Shown: positions 49,631 to 61,470, counted from the first letter of the whole stretch. The stretch: DNA of 62,325 bases, filler included, from Sphacelaria rigidula (GCA_964200075.2; 11 parts of 11 records of this genome joined end to end with filler, not necessarily neighbours in it), one strand, 5' to 3'. Made by a program: numbers and translations. The notes: generated by a model from the sequence alone, not told the origin.

Positions 49631-52600
49631 TCACTTACCATTACGACGATTTTGATAAAAACAAAAAAATACGGTATCACTAATAATTGGAAAAAAAAAC
49701 AAGACATTACTAACACTGCTATCATCATTACTATTTTTCCTGATTAAAAAAAAATCCAACTAGAAAAGGCGTCAAGAAGCAATGACTATAACGACGACCA
49801 ACACCACATAAACGCACCTCTCTCCAGAAACGATCTGTTCCACTGTCCAAGAATTGAGACCGCTAGCGATGACAACAGATTCCACGCCACCGGCAACAGC
49901 GCGCTCAGCTGCCCGAATCTTCGCAGCTAAAACCACGAGGTCAAGAAGGAGAACAAAAATATTTGTTTTTCAAGATGATATACCTATTTCCCAGTAACTC
50001 GGCGAGACGCAAGAGCCGCTCGTGGTTCTTCGAGAGGGAAACAAAAACAAAAAAAAGGATTCCTTCAGCCTTTCTCCCCACCCCCTCCCCCCAAATAAAT
50101 CTGCTATCAATACGCCGCCAAAACCAAAACTCGAAGCCACGTCTTCTTCAAATCAAGGAACAAAGAAGAACCTGTTTTTTACACGATGCCAACACTCGGG
50201 ACCGGTTCGCAGAGGCGAACAAGAACTGAAAATTGAGTTTTCTCAACTCGTCTTACCCATTCCACCGCGTCCGTTCGCGCTCTTCTCTCCGATCTCCAGA
50301 TCATGCTTGGGGTGAAAAGTGTGAAAAATCTGGGTTTCGTTCCGCGTTCATTCGATTGACGAGGGGATTCGGTCCAGAGAAGATAAACAAGTGCGAGTCG
50401 AGCCAGAAAAAAAAAAAAAATGATGGGGAAGGGAGGGGGTTCAGTCACTTCTAAACGATGACAACAGTAACATAAGAAAAAAAAAAGGAAAAACTTCGGT
50501 GTCTGATTGTTTGGTTGATCAGGGAAGCGAAAACACTTCATGGACACGTGGGATTGTTTCAGCGCTCTCAGCCCAGTCCACGAAACCAGTGACCATGCTC
50601 GACACTCATACTCTTTTGTCGAGTTCAATTTTGTGGGTATTTGTGTGAATGGCGTGCAAGCGTCAAGCACACGTTGGAACAACCTCTTCCAGGTATCACT
50701 TCCAGCGACTGCAATGCTGCGCTGACACGCCCCCGTCTCGAAAGGAATGCGAGGTCAATGGTCAAACGACTAAGGCAAGCAACGGATAAGTACGCCGCCC
50801 CCCACCCACCCCAACCCACGGTGACGCACCCATGAGGCAGTGTGTAAGCCGTAGCTGTCTCTGGAAGTGGCGATACCACAAAAAAGAGCAACTCATTGTA
50901 GGCTGTCATCCAAATGCAAGATGCTTAGTACGCTTCGGGCTGAACAATCTCAGCAGGATGCAGCTCACCCTTCATNNNNNNNNNNNNNNNNNNNNNNNNN
51001 NNNNNNNNNNNNNNNNNNNTTAATTAATTAANNNNNNNNNNNNNNNNNNNNNNNNNNNNNNNNNNNNNNNNNNNNGGCGTAAAACGACGTAAAAGCTCCA
51101 AAAAGACATTTTTCCGGGTTTTTATTTTTGTCTATTATAAGAAGCGGCCTAATATATCAAACGTCGGACGGATCACTTTCTATAGGATCCGGGTCATACA
51201 GCTCAAATGTGAACAAGCAGGTGTACCCGATTCGGGTGATACAGTTCAACTAGTTATGCGGATCACGGCCCAACTCGTCTGTGTCGATGAGATATTGCTT
51301 TTATAGTAGAGGTTAAATCCGTTATTATTAGGCTGGCCCAGCTCGTATACATACCGTAAATAATGTGTGGACACGTGGACTGCGGCGTCTAGAAGACAGG
51401 ACAGGTGGGATGACAACACACATACAATACAATCTTTTGTCTACAGTATATAGAATGAGAACCGTATACTACGATACCCCCCCCAACGATCTTCACCACG
51501 GGGGGGTAAGTAGTATACTACCGTCCGTTCGCTGTACTTTACGATGATATACCTTCGTCGGAAATGAGAATCTTCGTAACTACAACAGACGGCGCTGGTG
51601 GTCTGTAATTTTTGTACCCCTGCCACACCCGTGTTCAGTTTTCACCCTTCAAATAGTTGCGCGATCATGATGGTGACCTGGCCGCAAAATGTATATCTTT
51701 CATGTATGTACAATCTTCTCGCTGTGAACAGAATCGGGTTGAGATTCCACGAAACTACGTTGTCGCTGCAAGTGAAAGCCCAACTGTTTAATACTTGTAC
51801 GCGCATGTATATGCGCACATGTATAGCCGTGCATGCGCAACATCCACATAGTATATAAGACCCACCCCGCCAAGTGGTGAGTTTCGGTACTCAACCTGCG
51901 GCCATATGTTTAAATTTTTGCATGTTTTACTTTTTTTGAATCCGGATGGTACATCTCCGGGCAAGCATCGGGAATCAGAGGTGTGATCCTTCACCACCGT
52001 AAGAATATGACGTTGACGGAACACGTATGTCATCATTCACGAGTAGGTGAGAGAGTTGACTATATTGCGGACACTGGTAGATTCGACTGTATCAACTGCT
52101 TCTGTCCATGGGGACAACATGATGATGAGTGGTGCCGGATGTGGACAGATTAGAGGACAGAAAGGTTTATTGGATATAGGGTGCAGCGTTTTCGTCTTGA
52201 TATTGTTCATGTATGTATGCACATTTTTTTGCAGCCAGTCACGATTTACGCGTCTGACACATGACAACAGTCGATCAGCTACGTATAATAGCATATCCAG
52301 ATCATTCTTCCGTTTTTGAAAGGTGCGATACCAATTATGCATGAATGTAGAGCTCTAAGGGTTCTGGTGGTATATTCTTTTTTACTGCGGTCACGTATCA
52401 GTAGGGCTGTTGTTGTCACTGGCCGTGGGGGATGTACTTCGTTCATCATGTTATTATACCACGATGATATGTGCTTGAGCGAGAGTGGGTGACGAGCTAC
52501 ATGCAAGTACCGCAGCGAAAACGTGCAATTTACTTTCATGGAAGTACACGCATCATGGTGTACATATGAACTTACTGGCATGGTACTGCTGGGGCGTACA

Positions 52601-54269
52601 TGGAGACTTTATACAAGTATCCCACCAGCACAGCCGCGCCCTTCAACTGTGATACAGTTTTCTGTACCGTACTGTACTGTACTGTTGTACTGATTGTACT
52701 GGTCTATGACTGTACAGTACATTCTGCAATCTTGAGTGACACTTCGTTGTGCAGATACATTTCGAAGATTTCAAGATCCCTCTCGGATACCCCGACACTG
52801 AAACCCATCCTCCTGCACAGCGCCTTGGGAACCTGCTGATGAGAGACGAGTACCCCTAGAGCGGACGGGTTAGACATCAACACCCCCAACATAGCAGCCT
52901 GCACAGGTCGTTGTTCCCTCGATATATATCGAATAATACTTCGCGAAGGTCGTCTCGGTCTGTCTACTTTTACTTCAGATCTTGGCAAAACAACAATCCC
53001 ATAGAGCTTAAATTTCGCCGCGTTTTTGCCAGTCAAGATGATGTATGAGTACCGTGCGGTAGGAACGTAGAAGCAGGGTTGGAGCTTTCAGCTTTGCCGA
53101 TGCGCCACACTCGACGTGACATCATAAGTGACACAGCTGTTGATGGTCCACAAAACATTACAAGCACGCTAAGGTTTAAAGGAACTAGCAATGCGTCCAT
53201 GCAGGCTGTCAATTCAGGTATCAACAAGATACATTCGCGAGACGCTGCTCCCAGTTACTCCAGGGATGCGTAGGCATATACGAACAGCTGGTGGAGGACA
53301 TGAGGCCTTGAGTTATTCTTTTAGTCCCTATAATCAAATGAAGCGAGAGGCAACGCAGCCTCTTGCTTGCTGCAGCACTATACCACGTTGACACAACAGT
53401 ACAGGAATGAGTGAGAATATGAGCAGTAGGTTCGAATTTCCAATTTTTCCTGCAGCTACAGTACTGTATCCGAATGAATGAATAAGTTCATTTCCTTCGA
53501 AAAACAGGTTTCCTGGCGGGTGATCGAGTATGCCACTTGAGGTGTATCGTCGGAGCAGCAACAGCAGTCGACCATCTCGCCCCGCCACATGCAGCTATCA
53601 GAGACAACCGGCAACGTTATCACCTGTTTCTGCGGCACCCCGGTCGAGCGTCAATGTCAAACTGCACCAACAGAGGTGTCACCGAAGTGATGGGGAGTGG
53701 CCGCAAACAAGGGGAGAAGCGCACGCGACCGCTGAAGCTCGTCAACTCGATATTTGCGGCTCCAGAATGGCACTAGGGCGAGAACAGGGACGAGCGCCGA
53801 GACCTTACTCCGCTGGGGCGACAATAGGTGCAGCGCATCATGTAGGTAGAGAAATAAGCACTTTGCAGTACTGTACTGTACTTCCACAAGTGAGTGTTGA
53901 GAGCTTGCTGTGTATTTGTCGCTGTTTGGAAACTCTCGTATATATTATAATGCGAGTTTTCTCTCTGACGACGGAAGGCGTCCGCATCACATGCCCAGTG
54001 TAGAGAGTACTGCGCAGGTATCGGAACGTTTTTCAATGTGAAGCCATCATCATCATCATCAACAATAATAACAACGACTCCTCTCTACCTTCTGCTGCGT
54101 AGTGTCTTATCGAGACAAGAAAAAAAGCGGGAAATACACAGGCGATCGAAAGCAGCATGTTGATTGATCGCCGGGTGGGTCTAAAGTTGCGGCGACTAAT
54201 CCACATTCTGGTATCGGACGCTTATTCCCTTTGCCGCTTCTTTTTTGGTCTCGATAAGACACGTAAAGA

Positions 54270-54700
54270 CCGTCTCGATTTGTACAAATATGAGGATTTC
54301 AGCCCGTCTGCAGGCGATTTTCTCCCGTGCATTGATTTTTCGGACCCCAGTCCGTTGGACAATGGTTTGCAGCTAGCTGTGAGCAAACCATATAAATTCT
54401 CCGATTTTCAGGGCGTTGACTTTCGATACATGACTGTTCTACTACTGAAATCGGGACACTCCCGCATCTATCTCCCCCGATTTTTTTGAAAAAATCGGGG
54501 AAGATGCGGGAGTGTCCCGATTTGGGCAGAAAGGTGGACAACCGAAAGTCAACTTCCAGAGAATCGGAGAACTGATCTGGTTTGCTTACAGCTAGGCGAA
54601 ACAAATTGCCCAAACGATTGGGGTCCGAAAAATCAATCCACGCGAGAAAATCGCCTGTAGACGGGCTGAAACCCTCATATTTATTTGTACAAATAGAGAT
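54270..54700. mobile_element. Loop-less foldback palindrome (about 215-bp arms), with an adjacent smaller TIR element at 54101-54262
   Basis: The centre is cccgatttttttgaaaaaatcgggg. atttgtacaaat occurs at both ends, and aaatcgggacactcccgcatct is mirrored. Confidence 0.85.
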
Positions 54701-54824
54701 TCGTTGCCGTACAAGTGGGTCTTAGGGCGCGTCTCAGCACATACGAAGTACACCTTTTTAAATCGAAAAAATGGGGCGGTGGAATTGATTTGAGCGTTTT
54801 TTCCCTCTTGAGTCGGGTCCAAGC

Positions 54825-55358
54825 GTGTTTTGAAGGGTACGGTTTTCCGTATACCCGGGGTATTCTCCCGGGTATTTGCCGTACCCAACGGTCCTGTGAC
54901 TTCTGTAAGACTTTCATACGGGTACCCGACAGTTCTGCGAACTCTGTAAGACTTTCATGCACTCACCCGATGGTTCTGTGATTTCTGTAAGCCTCCAGTA
55001 CCGTTGCCGGGGGGCACGGGGAAGCTCTCGATAAGATACCCGGTTGCGGGTACAGTTTTCTGTGCAACCTCCACACCCTACCCGACAGTTTCTGTGAGTT
55101 CTGTAAGCTTCCCACACCCTTACCCGACATTTGTTATGTGCGTTCTGTACAGAATATTTACCCGTACCCGGATCGCGGGCATGCTCTTGAAGAAATGCAC
55201 GATCGTCGGTACGGTTTTCTGCAAGCCTCCCATACCGTACCCGACAAGTTCTGTAATTTCTGTAAGACTTTCGTACCGGCACCCGATATTTCTGTAAGTT
55301 CTGTAAGGAATCTCATACCCTACAGAACATACTCGTACCCTACAGAACACAACCTTTG
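54825..55358. mobile_element. hAT-like non-autonomous element rich in subterminal repeats (gtacccgaca.ttctgtaagactttc); second copy at 28146-28275
   Basis: The TIR caaggttgtgttctgtagggtacg (28146) is the reverse complement of cgtaccctacagaacacaacctttg (about 55334-55358). Superfamily assignment is inferred. Confidence 0.65.
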
Positions 55359-56472
55359 AATTTTTCAAGGTTGTGTTTTGTACCTATTATAGGGTATACC
55401 TAGAAGTGGGGGATCTTGTTTGGCATACTAAACCGTACCGAAATACGCAGCGAACATTTCGGTATGGTCCGGCACGATATCGAGCCCTGTTGGGAATTGA
55501 AATGATCCGACCGGATCACCTCGATTCCCGCGAGTTGTTTTTTCATGTAGGGCCCCCAAAATTCGGTCATCGTAATCCAAATATTTATGACGTGTAGTCG
55601 TTGTCGATAGCTACCAGCAAATGAAGAAATTAAACCATATCTCGAAAAATTGCTGCCGGTGTGAAGATTTTGATTTTCCGGGTTATCATCCTCAACCAAC
55701 AGCTCCATCCTCAATTTCGATGATCGGCTGCTCACGGCCAACAGCGGAGAGGGACTTGTCACGAGTACAGTTCGACTTTACGGTCGACGACGGAAAGAAA
55801 GGACCGATGAATCCTTCTCGCGATAAAAATCAAGGCAGGCACCGCAGAAGGAAGGTGGAATGCTAAAACAAAAAATGAAATAAAATTCTTGTGCTGACCT
55901 TTCTCCTGTGTAACCCGGGCTGATGCGCCCAGATATACCGAAAGGTGAAGACTCGCGTCCAGAATATATGGCTGGTGACTTCACGGAGGAACAAAAATGA
56001 GGCTGCTGAGCAACATGAAACCAAAATCAATTACTTTGTAGCCGTGTACTCGTATTCACTGCAGCTTCAGCATCCATATCGTTCTCTCCCTCAAAATCAT
56101 GGATACCCAGCAGACGATACCGCAGGTGGCAGTTTTGTACTCGACACAGTGTAGTCTCCCCAACGAAGAACAGAAACATTTTTTCTCAAGCACGCTTGAA
56201 ATTCACAAGATTTTCCGGCGAGGTGACACAGAGGTAGCAGAAGGCAGCTGCATGAGATACAGGCGACTGGTCGCAGACCCACAGTGAGGGAAACTCCCTT
56301 CCCACCTTCCGTCCCACTCCCCCGTCCCATTCCCGATCACATCAAGCATTTTTGACTTATGGAACGAGGAAAACCAGAAAAAAACCCGACCCCAACCAAT
56401 AGAAACACCTTAAAAGAATAATGAACTACCCTCTCTATCAGCAAGGTTCATGCTATTTATTTCACTCCAGGT

Positions 56473-56650
56473 GCCGGTCGCCCCGGTGGCTCAGTTGGTA
56501 ACCTTGTAACCTCCTGACGGTCGAGTAGTGGGGTTCAATTCCTGGAGCGATCTAGGATTTTTTCTCACATGCCCAACAGTGGAGAGCGACTATGTCGTGG
56601 GTACACCAAGTTCGGCTTAACGGTCGACGAGGGAAAGGGACAGCTGAAAC
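56473..56650 (+). mobile_element. SINE family 1, 5' half (cut by contig end)
   Basis: gccggtcgccccggtggctcagttggtaacc...ggggttcaattcc. Confidence 0.8.
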
Positions 56651-56750
56651 NNNNNNNNNNNNNNNNNNNNNNNNNNNNNNNNNNNNNNNNNNNNTTAATT
56701 AATTAANNNNNNNNNNNNNNNNNNNNNNNNNNNNNNNNNNNNNNNNNNNN

Positions 56751-57075
56751 CTGTTGTTTGTTCCTGATAAACAATACATTCGTTGGGTTCCTGGATGTCC
56801 AATGTTGAAAAATCTCCATCACTGTAAGGAGCTCCTGTTACTTGTTCGATGAAAGTGACGTTTCTGGAGCTGGATATTTTTCCCGAGTAGCGGTTGTAAA
56901 TGCGGTACGACGGGCTATCGGAATCATACCCTGATAGCACTCCTTCCCAAGCCTTTTCTTCTGACTTACTGTGATGACACTCCCTGTGATGACGCTCCCT
57001 GTGCACAAACGCCCTCGAGCCGATTGTCCGCAAAAATGACCTCAAGTCGCACAATTTGTTGTTAACAGTATGACG
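56751..57075 (-). pseudogene. Ty1/Copia integrase C-terminal (SH3-like) fragment, inverted relative to RT
   Basis: FLRTIGSRAFVH...KAWEGVLSGYDSDSPSYRIYNRYSGKISSSRNVTFIE. Confidence 0.85.
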
Positions 57076-57266
57076 ACACAAACAACTTCAACATAAGTAT
57101 CTACGATGGTATAGCTCAGCTAGAGAACAGCACCACGTAGGACAACTCACCGACTACGAGGCCACCAATCGCCCAAAGGAGGTTGCGTTCAGCCGGCGGT
57201 CCCAATCATCATCTTCCTGGACCCGTCAACAAACGGTAAGCCAGTGAGCTAAAACGACTAGCTTTC

Positions 57267-58254
57267 ATGTCTTCTGGGGGCCAACATGCTGCAGCAACAC
57301 TGAAAACGGTATGTCAATACATAGGCACTGTCGGGGTTGAACAAGTCGCACCACCCGCGTCAATTTCAGTCCCTACCAACTATCGACAGGCATCGAGCTC
57401 ACCATACGCGAAGAAACGGAAAGCAGCCATGCTGGACGAACTTCAGAGCATTAAAAACCATGAAGTAGCCGACATCATCCCGGCCAGCTCTGTTCTCAGC
57501 AACAACAACATCATCGGTACAAGGTATGTCTTTAAGGTCAAGGCCGACGGGCGTTTTAAAGCCCGGTTGGTGGTTCAGGGTTGGTCTCAGAGGCATGGAC
57601 TCGACTGCGGGAGTACTTTCGCTCCAGTTTGCAGGTTTGAAAGTCAGCGATTGTTACTGGCAATTGCTACTACGAAAAGTTGGCCTATCTTAGCCCTCGA
57701 CATACAAACTGCTTTATTGAATGGGGAGCTACAGAAAACAGTATTTTGTAGACAACCGCCTGGCTTCGAGACGTTCGACCCAACGACAGGAGAAAACCAC
57801 AAGCTATGGATATGCCGAACTTCAGAGGAAAATGCGATCCACGGCGGGGACGTTATTTCTCATGTCTAACGGGCTAGTTCATTTCATTTCGAGTCTACAA
57901 CGTGTTACAGCTACTTCAACGGCAGAAGCGGAGTTAATTACCCTTTCGAAATGCGGCAAATTCGGAACGTATCTCTTCAATATTATACAAGAGCTTGGAT
58001 GGTCATCTGTTGAGCCCGCGACCATCTACTCGGATTCACAAGGCGCACTTCGTCTGTCTTCGAACGCCAACTTCAGCACCAGCTCGAAACACCTGGCGAT
58101 GCGGTTCTTTAATTTAAAAGGTATGGTTCGAGCCGGACAACTAAGGATAAACTATGTACGATCTTCAGAACAATTAGCCAATCTTCTCACCAAAAGTTGT
58201 GATAAAATTTTACATCAGAGACTGCTGAAGGCTTCAACCAAATTTAGGAGATAA
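57267..58254 (+). pseudogene. pol: Ty1/Copia RT N-terminal half fused by deletion to RNase H
   Basis: FKARLVVQGWSQRHGLDCGSTFAPV, LDIQTALLNGEL, QPPGF, then STAEAEL, IYSDSQGA, SKHLAMRF and EQLANLLTK. No YGLKQ or YVDD motif. Confidence 0.93.
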
Positions 58255-58274
58255 CGGATTTTAATCGGGCAGGA

Positions 58275-58420
58275 TATCCATCTTCAGCATCATCGTCAAC
58301 GCTGAACTTCGATCATCTTCGTCAACGCTCGACCTCGATCATCATCGTCAACGCTAAACCTCGATCATCATCGTCAACGCTAAACCTCGATCATCATCGC
58401 CAACGCTCAACTTCGACCTT
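58275..58420 (+). repeat. 24-bp-type tandem repeat (catcatcgtcaacgctaaacctcgat), about 5 copies
   Basis: Directly visible just after the Copia RNase H stop codon. Confidence 0.8.
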
Positions 58421-58537
58421 CCAATTTTTTTCGAGTGTCATCACCCAAGCGACATCTCAACAACCTACCCTAGGGCACCACACCACATCACTTCTCAACC
58501 CATACCTCCAACATCTTCAACCCACAACATTTTCTAA

Positions 58538-59170
58538 ACCCAACCTCCAGCACCTGCTATCATCATCGCCATAACGAGCCACTGCATCAACAACAACTCC
58601 AACAACTACTACGGAAACAGTCCCAGGCAAGGAAACAGAAATGCGCGCGGACACGCCGGACGAAACCCAGCACCCAATGGCCGTGCACACCGCACCTCAC
58701 ACCGCCAGAGGTCACAACACGGCGTAACAGCCAATGCGCGGGCCCGCCTGATTAACCAGCCGCTGCGACTCCAAGGACGCGCTACCACGTACATTGACTG
58801 GGGAGATCGAGCTTCTATCGTACTGGACATCACCAGCCCCGGACAGTCAACTGAGGAGCGTGCGCGAATGGCGGACATGCTGAGGATGTACGGGTTCACC
58901 GATGTTCGAGAGTACCCAAATATTCTTCATTTGTTTAGGAGCTTACCGCAATTGTGTGAACACCATGACTTGCTTTTTTTCATTGATGTTAGGGTCTTTA
59001 AGTTTTTAGCCAAAGCATGGCACATAGAATGCCCCTGGAAATTCGATTTCTTTCTGTTGAGGAGGATATACGACGCTCTGATTGATAGATTCTATGGGAT
59101 CCGGTCGATTTCCCGTCCAAATCGACCTACGATTAATTACCGAGAATCAAACGCGGTCACTGGAGTTTGA
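58538..59170 (+). CDS. Additional ORF of unknown function inside the Copia element, between pol and PPT
   Basis: By manual translation the frame of the listed 58868-59170 ORF is stop-free back to about 58538. It has an N/R/G-rich N-part and a helical, hydrophobic-looking C-part. Confidence 0.5.
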   Translation, partial: TQPPAPAIIIAITSHCINNNSNNYYGNSPRQGNRNARGHAGRNPAPNGRAHRTSHRQRSQHGVTANARARLINQPLRLQGRATTYIDWGDRASIVLDITSPGQSTEERARMADMLRMYGFTDVREYPNILHLFRSLPQLCEHHDLLFFIDVRVFKFLAKAWHIECPWKFDFFLLRRIYDALIDRFYGIRSISRPNRPTINYRESNAVTGV

Positions 59171-59882
59171 GGGGGCTGAGTTTATTTTTCTGTGAAGAAT
59201 GTGGTTGGTTGATTTGATTGTTTGTTTTATTCGAGGGTATGTTTTCAAGGTCCAGAGGGACGTGTCGTGAAAACACGATGACCTCAACGACCTCCGTGCA
59301 TTTTCAAGGTGCAGAGGAGCATGCTAAGAAACACAATGTGCAGATTCCTGTACTTATGATACAGCATCCAGGAAACACGATGTAGAAACAAAGCGTGCAG
59401 CAACCTCTAGGTCTGCGATGTCTCCTTCCTTTCTTTCTTTGCTCTTTCTCCTTTTGGAAAGGATGTTTTTTCCTTTTGGGGGGGGGGCGGAGAGTGGGGG
59501 GGAACATATTTGGCATCTGTAGTTATCGTTGATTGTCACGTTGTCACGTCATGAAAAACTTCGCGGTCTGATGTAAGCGCACAATTGTTCTTGTTTGCTA
59601 ATTTCTTTTGGAGCTCACGGAAATCTGGTGCACATGCAAATGCATTCGCATGTGAGCGGAGACTTGTGACAGTGACCAGTTTCTTTTTTCAATTAATGTT
59701 GGTTAAGTCGTTTTCGATACAGTATAGACACATGAACGGTACAACAGTACAAGTGCGTACCTGGACGATTGCCTTTGTGTGCTGTGTGTACTACATAGTC
59801 CGACTGATTGCATTCGCTTGCTACACATAGCGTGTAAAGTACACTATCTTCCTTTGACAGCGACATCTCACTCACGGGGGGG

Positions 59883-60553
59883 TGTTGCAAAGTCTAAGTT
59901 CATTGTGTGTGATTGAAATCGTCGCTGCAAGATACTGTATCGTATAAGCGGCACGACTTGCATGTTGTTTGTTATGGTTCACGTGAAACTGTGAACCACG
60001 TATGTGTCACGGGTTTATTGGTCATTTGCCAGTCGACTAGGCTCCATGTGTCATACTTTTGTCATGCTTGGTATCAGATTGTGTACCCATGTTTTCACAG
60101 AGCTTCCAGGATTGATCCCAGCACGCACAGCCGCTACTAGCCCGTCGCCGATAATACAAGAAGAATTCACACCATCCATGGACTGCGATATCAGAGGGGC
60201 CGCTGATCTTCGTCTAAAGTAAGCCTGACTTGCCTGCAGCTGGTGTTGCCTCGAGCATGCGCTGCAGGTGGAGAGTTACTCTGAACCCTCTTGCATGCAC
60301 AATCATCATCGAACTCGGTCGGATCCTGGTGCTTGCATGTCTTTTGAGATGACTACTCGGGTGCCCACGAACTGGCACCCTTCACCTCTTGACATCCACC
60401 ACGTGATTCGTGACATAGTGCCCAACCCGCAGTTTACTTGCGAGCCGATGGTGTCACCCCCCGCTACGTCGCATCAAAAACAACCAAAATATATATTTGT
60501 TTGTGTGTGTAGGGGGGTGTTATCGTGTCATGGGTTTGATCTGCACTGCAACA
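59883..60553 (+). mobile_element. Probable Copia 3' LTR (671 bp)
   Basis: A G7 PPT-like run lies immediately before TGTTGCA, and the segment ends in TGCAACA (7-bp inverted termini). No second LTR is in the contig to confirm it. Confidence 0.7.
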
Positions 60554-61004
60554 TCAATGTGCCATGTATCCTGCTTTGGCTCTTGCATTCTTTCGCTCTG
60601 TCGTCTACTTACCATACATACGTTGAGCATAAGGAGTTGAGCATGGGCTATGTAGATTGTTTTTGTCCCGTGGTACCCTTTGTCCCTCCCTTGTTTTGCC
60701 GAGTGGGTGCCCTGTGCTCCGTCCTTCTTCCCGCTGCATAATTATACCGTACTCATGGACAAACAGATCATTGGGTGACCAGAACCAATTGCTGTCGCCA
60801 CAACAGTGTCGCGCCCTACGATATGACGGAGGTATCCAGACGTTCAAAGCACAATGACCTAGCCGAAATAATTTAATGAATGGCAAATGCGGTCGAATGA
60901 GACATGTACGAGCTCATCGAACCAGAAGGTGCTACATTTTTTCATCCCCGCGGACTCGTCATTTTACTTCAGGCTAAATAATGGAGACGGCTACTCTTCA
61001 TGGC

Positions 61005-61343
61005 TTCTGGGGGCTGCTGTTGTTCTATCCATGCTGCTGTAGTGTCTTCGCCGCGCGGCTGTGCTGTTGTTCTGTGCTGTGTGTTGCTGCTGCCGCGCCG
61101 CTGCTGCTTGACGCACTGGTGTGCTGTTGCTGCCTGCCGTTGTTGTGCTTCCTACGCGCGGCTGCCTTGTCGTTACTGCTGCTGCATGGTTCTGCTGCCT
61201 TTGTTCTTCGTTGTTGTTGCTGTTACTGCCGCTACCGTTCTTCTGTACTGTTCGTTGCTGTTCTCGTTTTGTTTTCGTCTCGCGGCTGTGCCGTTGTTTG
61301 TTGGTTGTTGTCTCTGTTCTTGTTGGGTTGTTGCTGTCTGTTT

Positions 61344-61382
<39 letters not shown>

Positions 61383-61470
61383 CCACCGTGCTTTCTGCTA
61401 CCCTGGTTTGCTGTTGTTGCCCCGCTTGTCGTGTTGCTGTTTTTTGCCTCTACCGCCTACTGTCAGCTGT
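61005..61470. repeat. Low-complexity (CTG/TTG/GTT)n region
   Basis: Degenerate trinucleotide repeats, with pure (GTT)n at about 61343-61381. Confidence 0.85.

Larger units (their letters stand above)
5576..56750. other. Ten artificial 100-bp contig linkers (N44-TTAATTAATTAA-N44) at 5576, 11251, 16926, 22601, 28276, 33951, 39626, 45301, 50976 and 56651
   Basis: Identical N-runs flank a 12-mer with stops in all six frames. The spacing is exactly 5675 bp, giving 11 segments of 5575 bp. Confidence 0.98.

Noticed and set aside
52835..52880. CTGATGAG as a hammerhead ribozyme core
   Set aside because: No stem II followed by GAAA and no matching flanking stems could be found.
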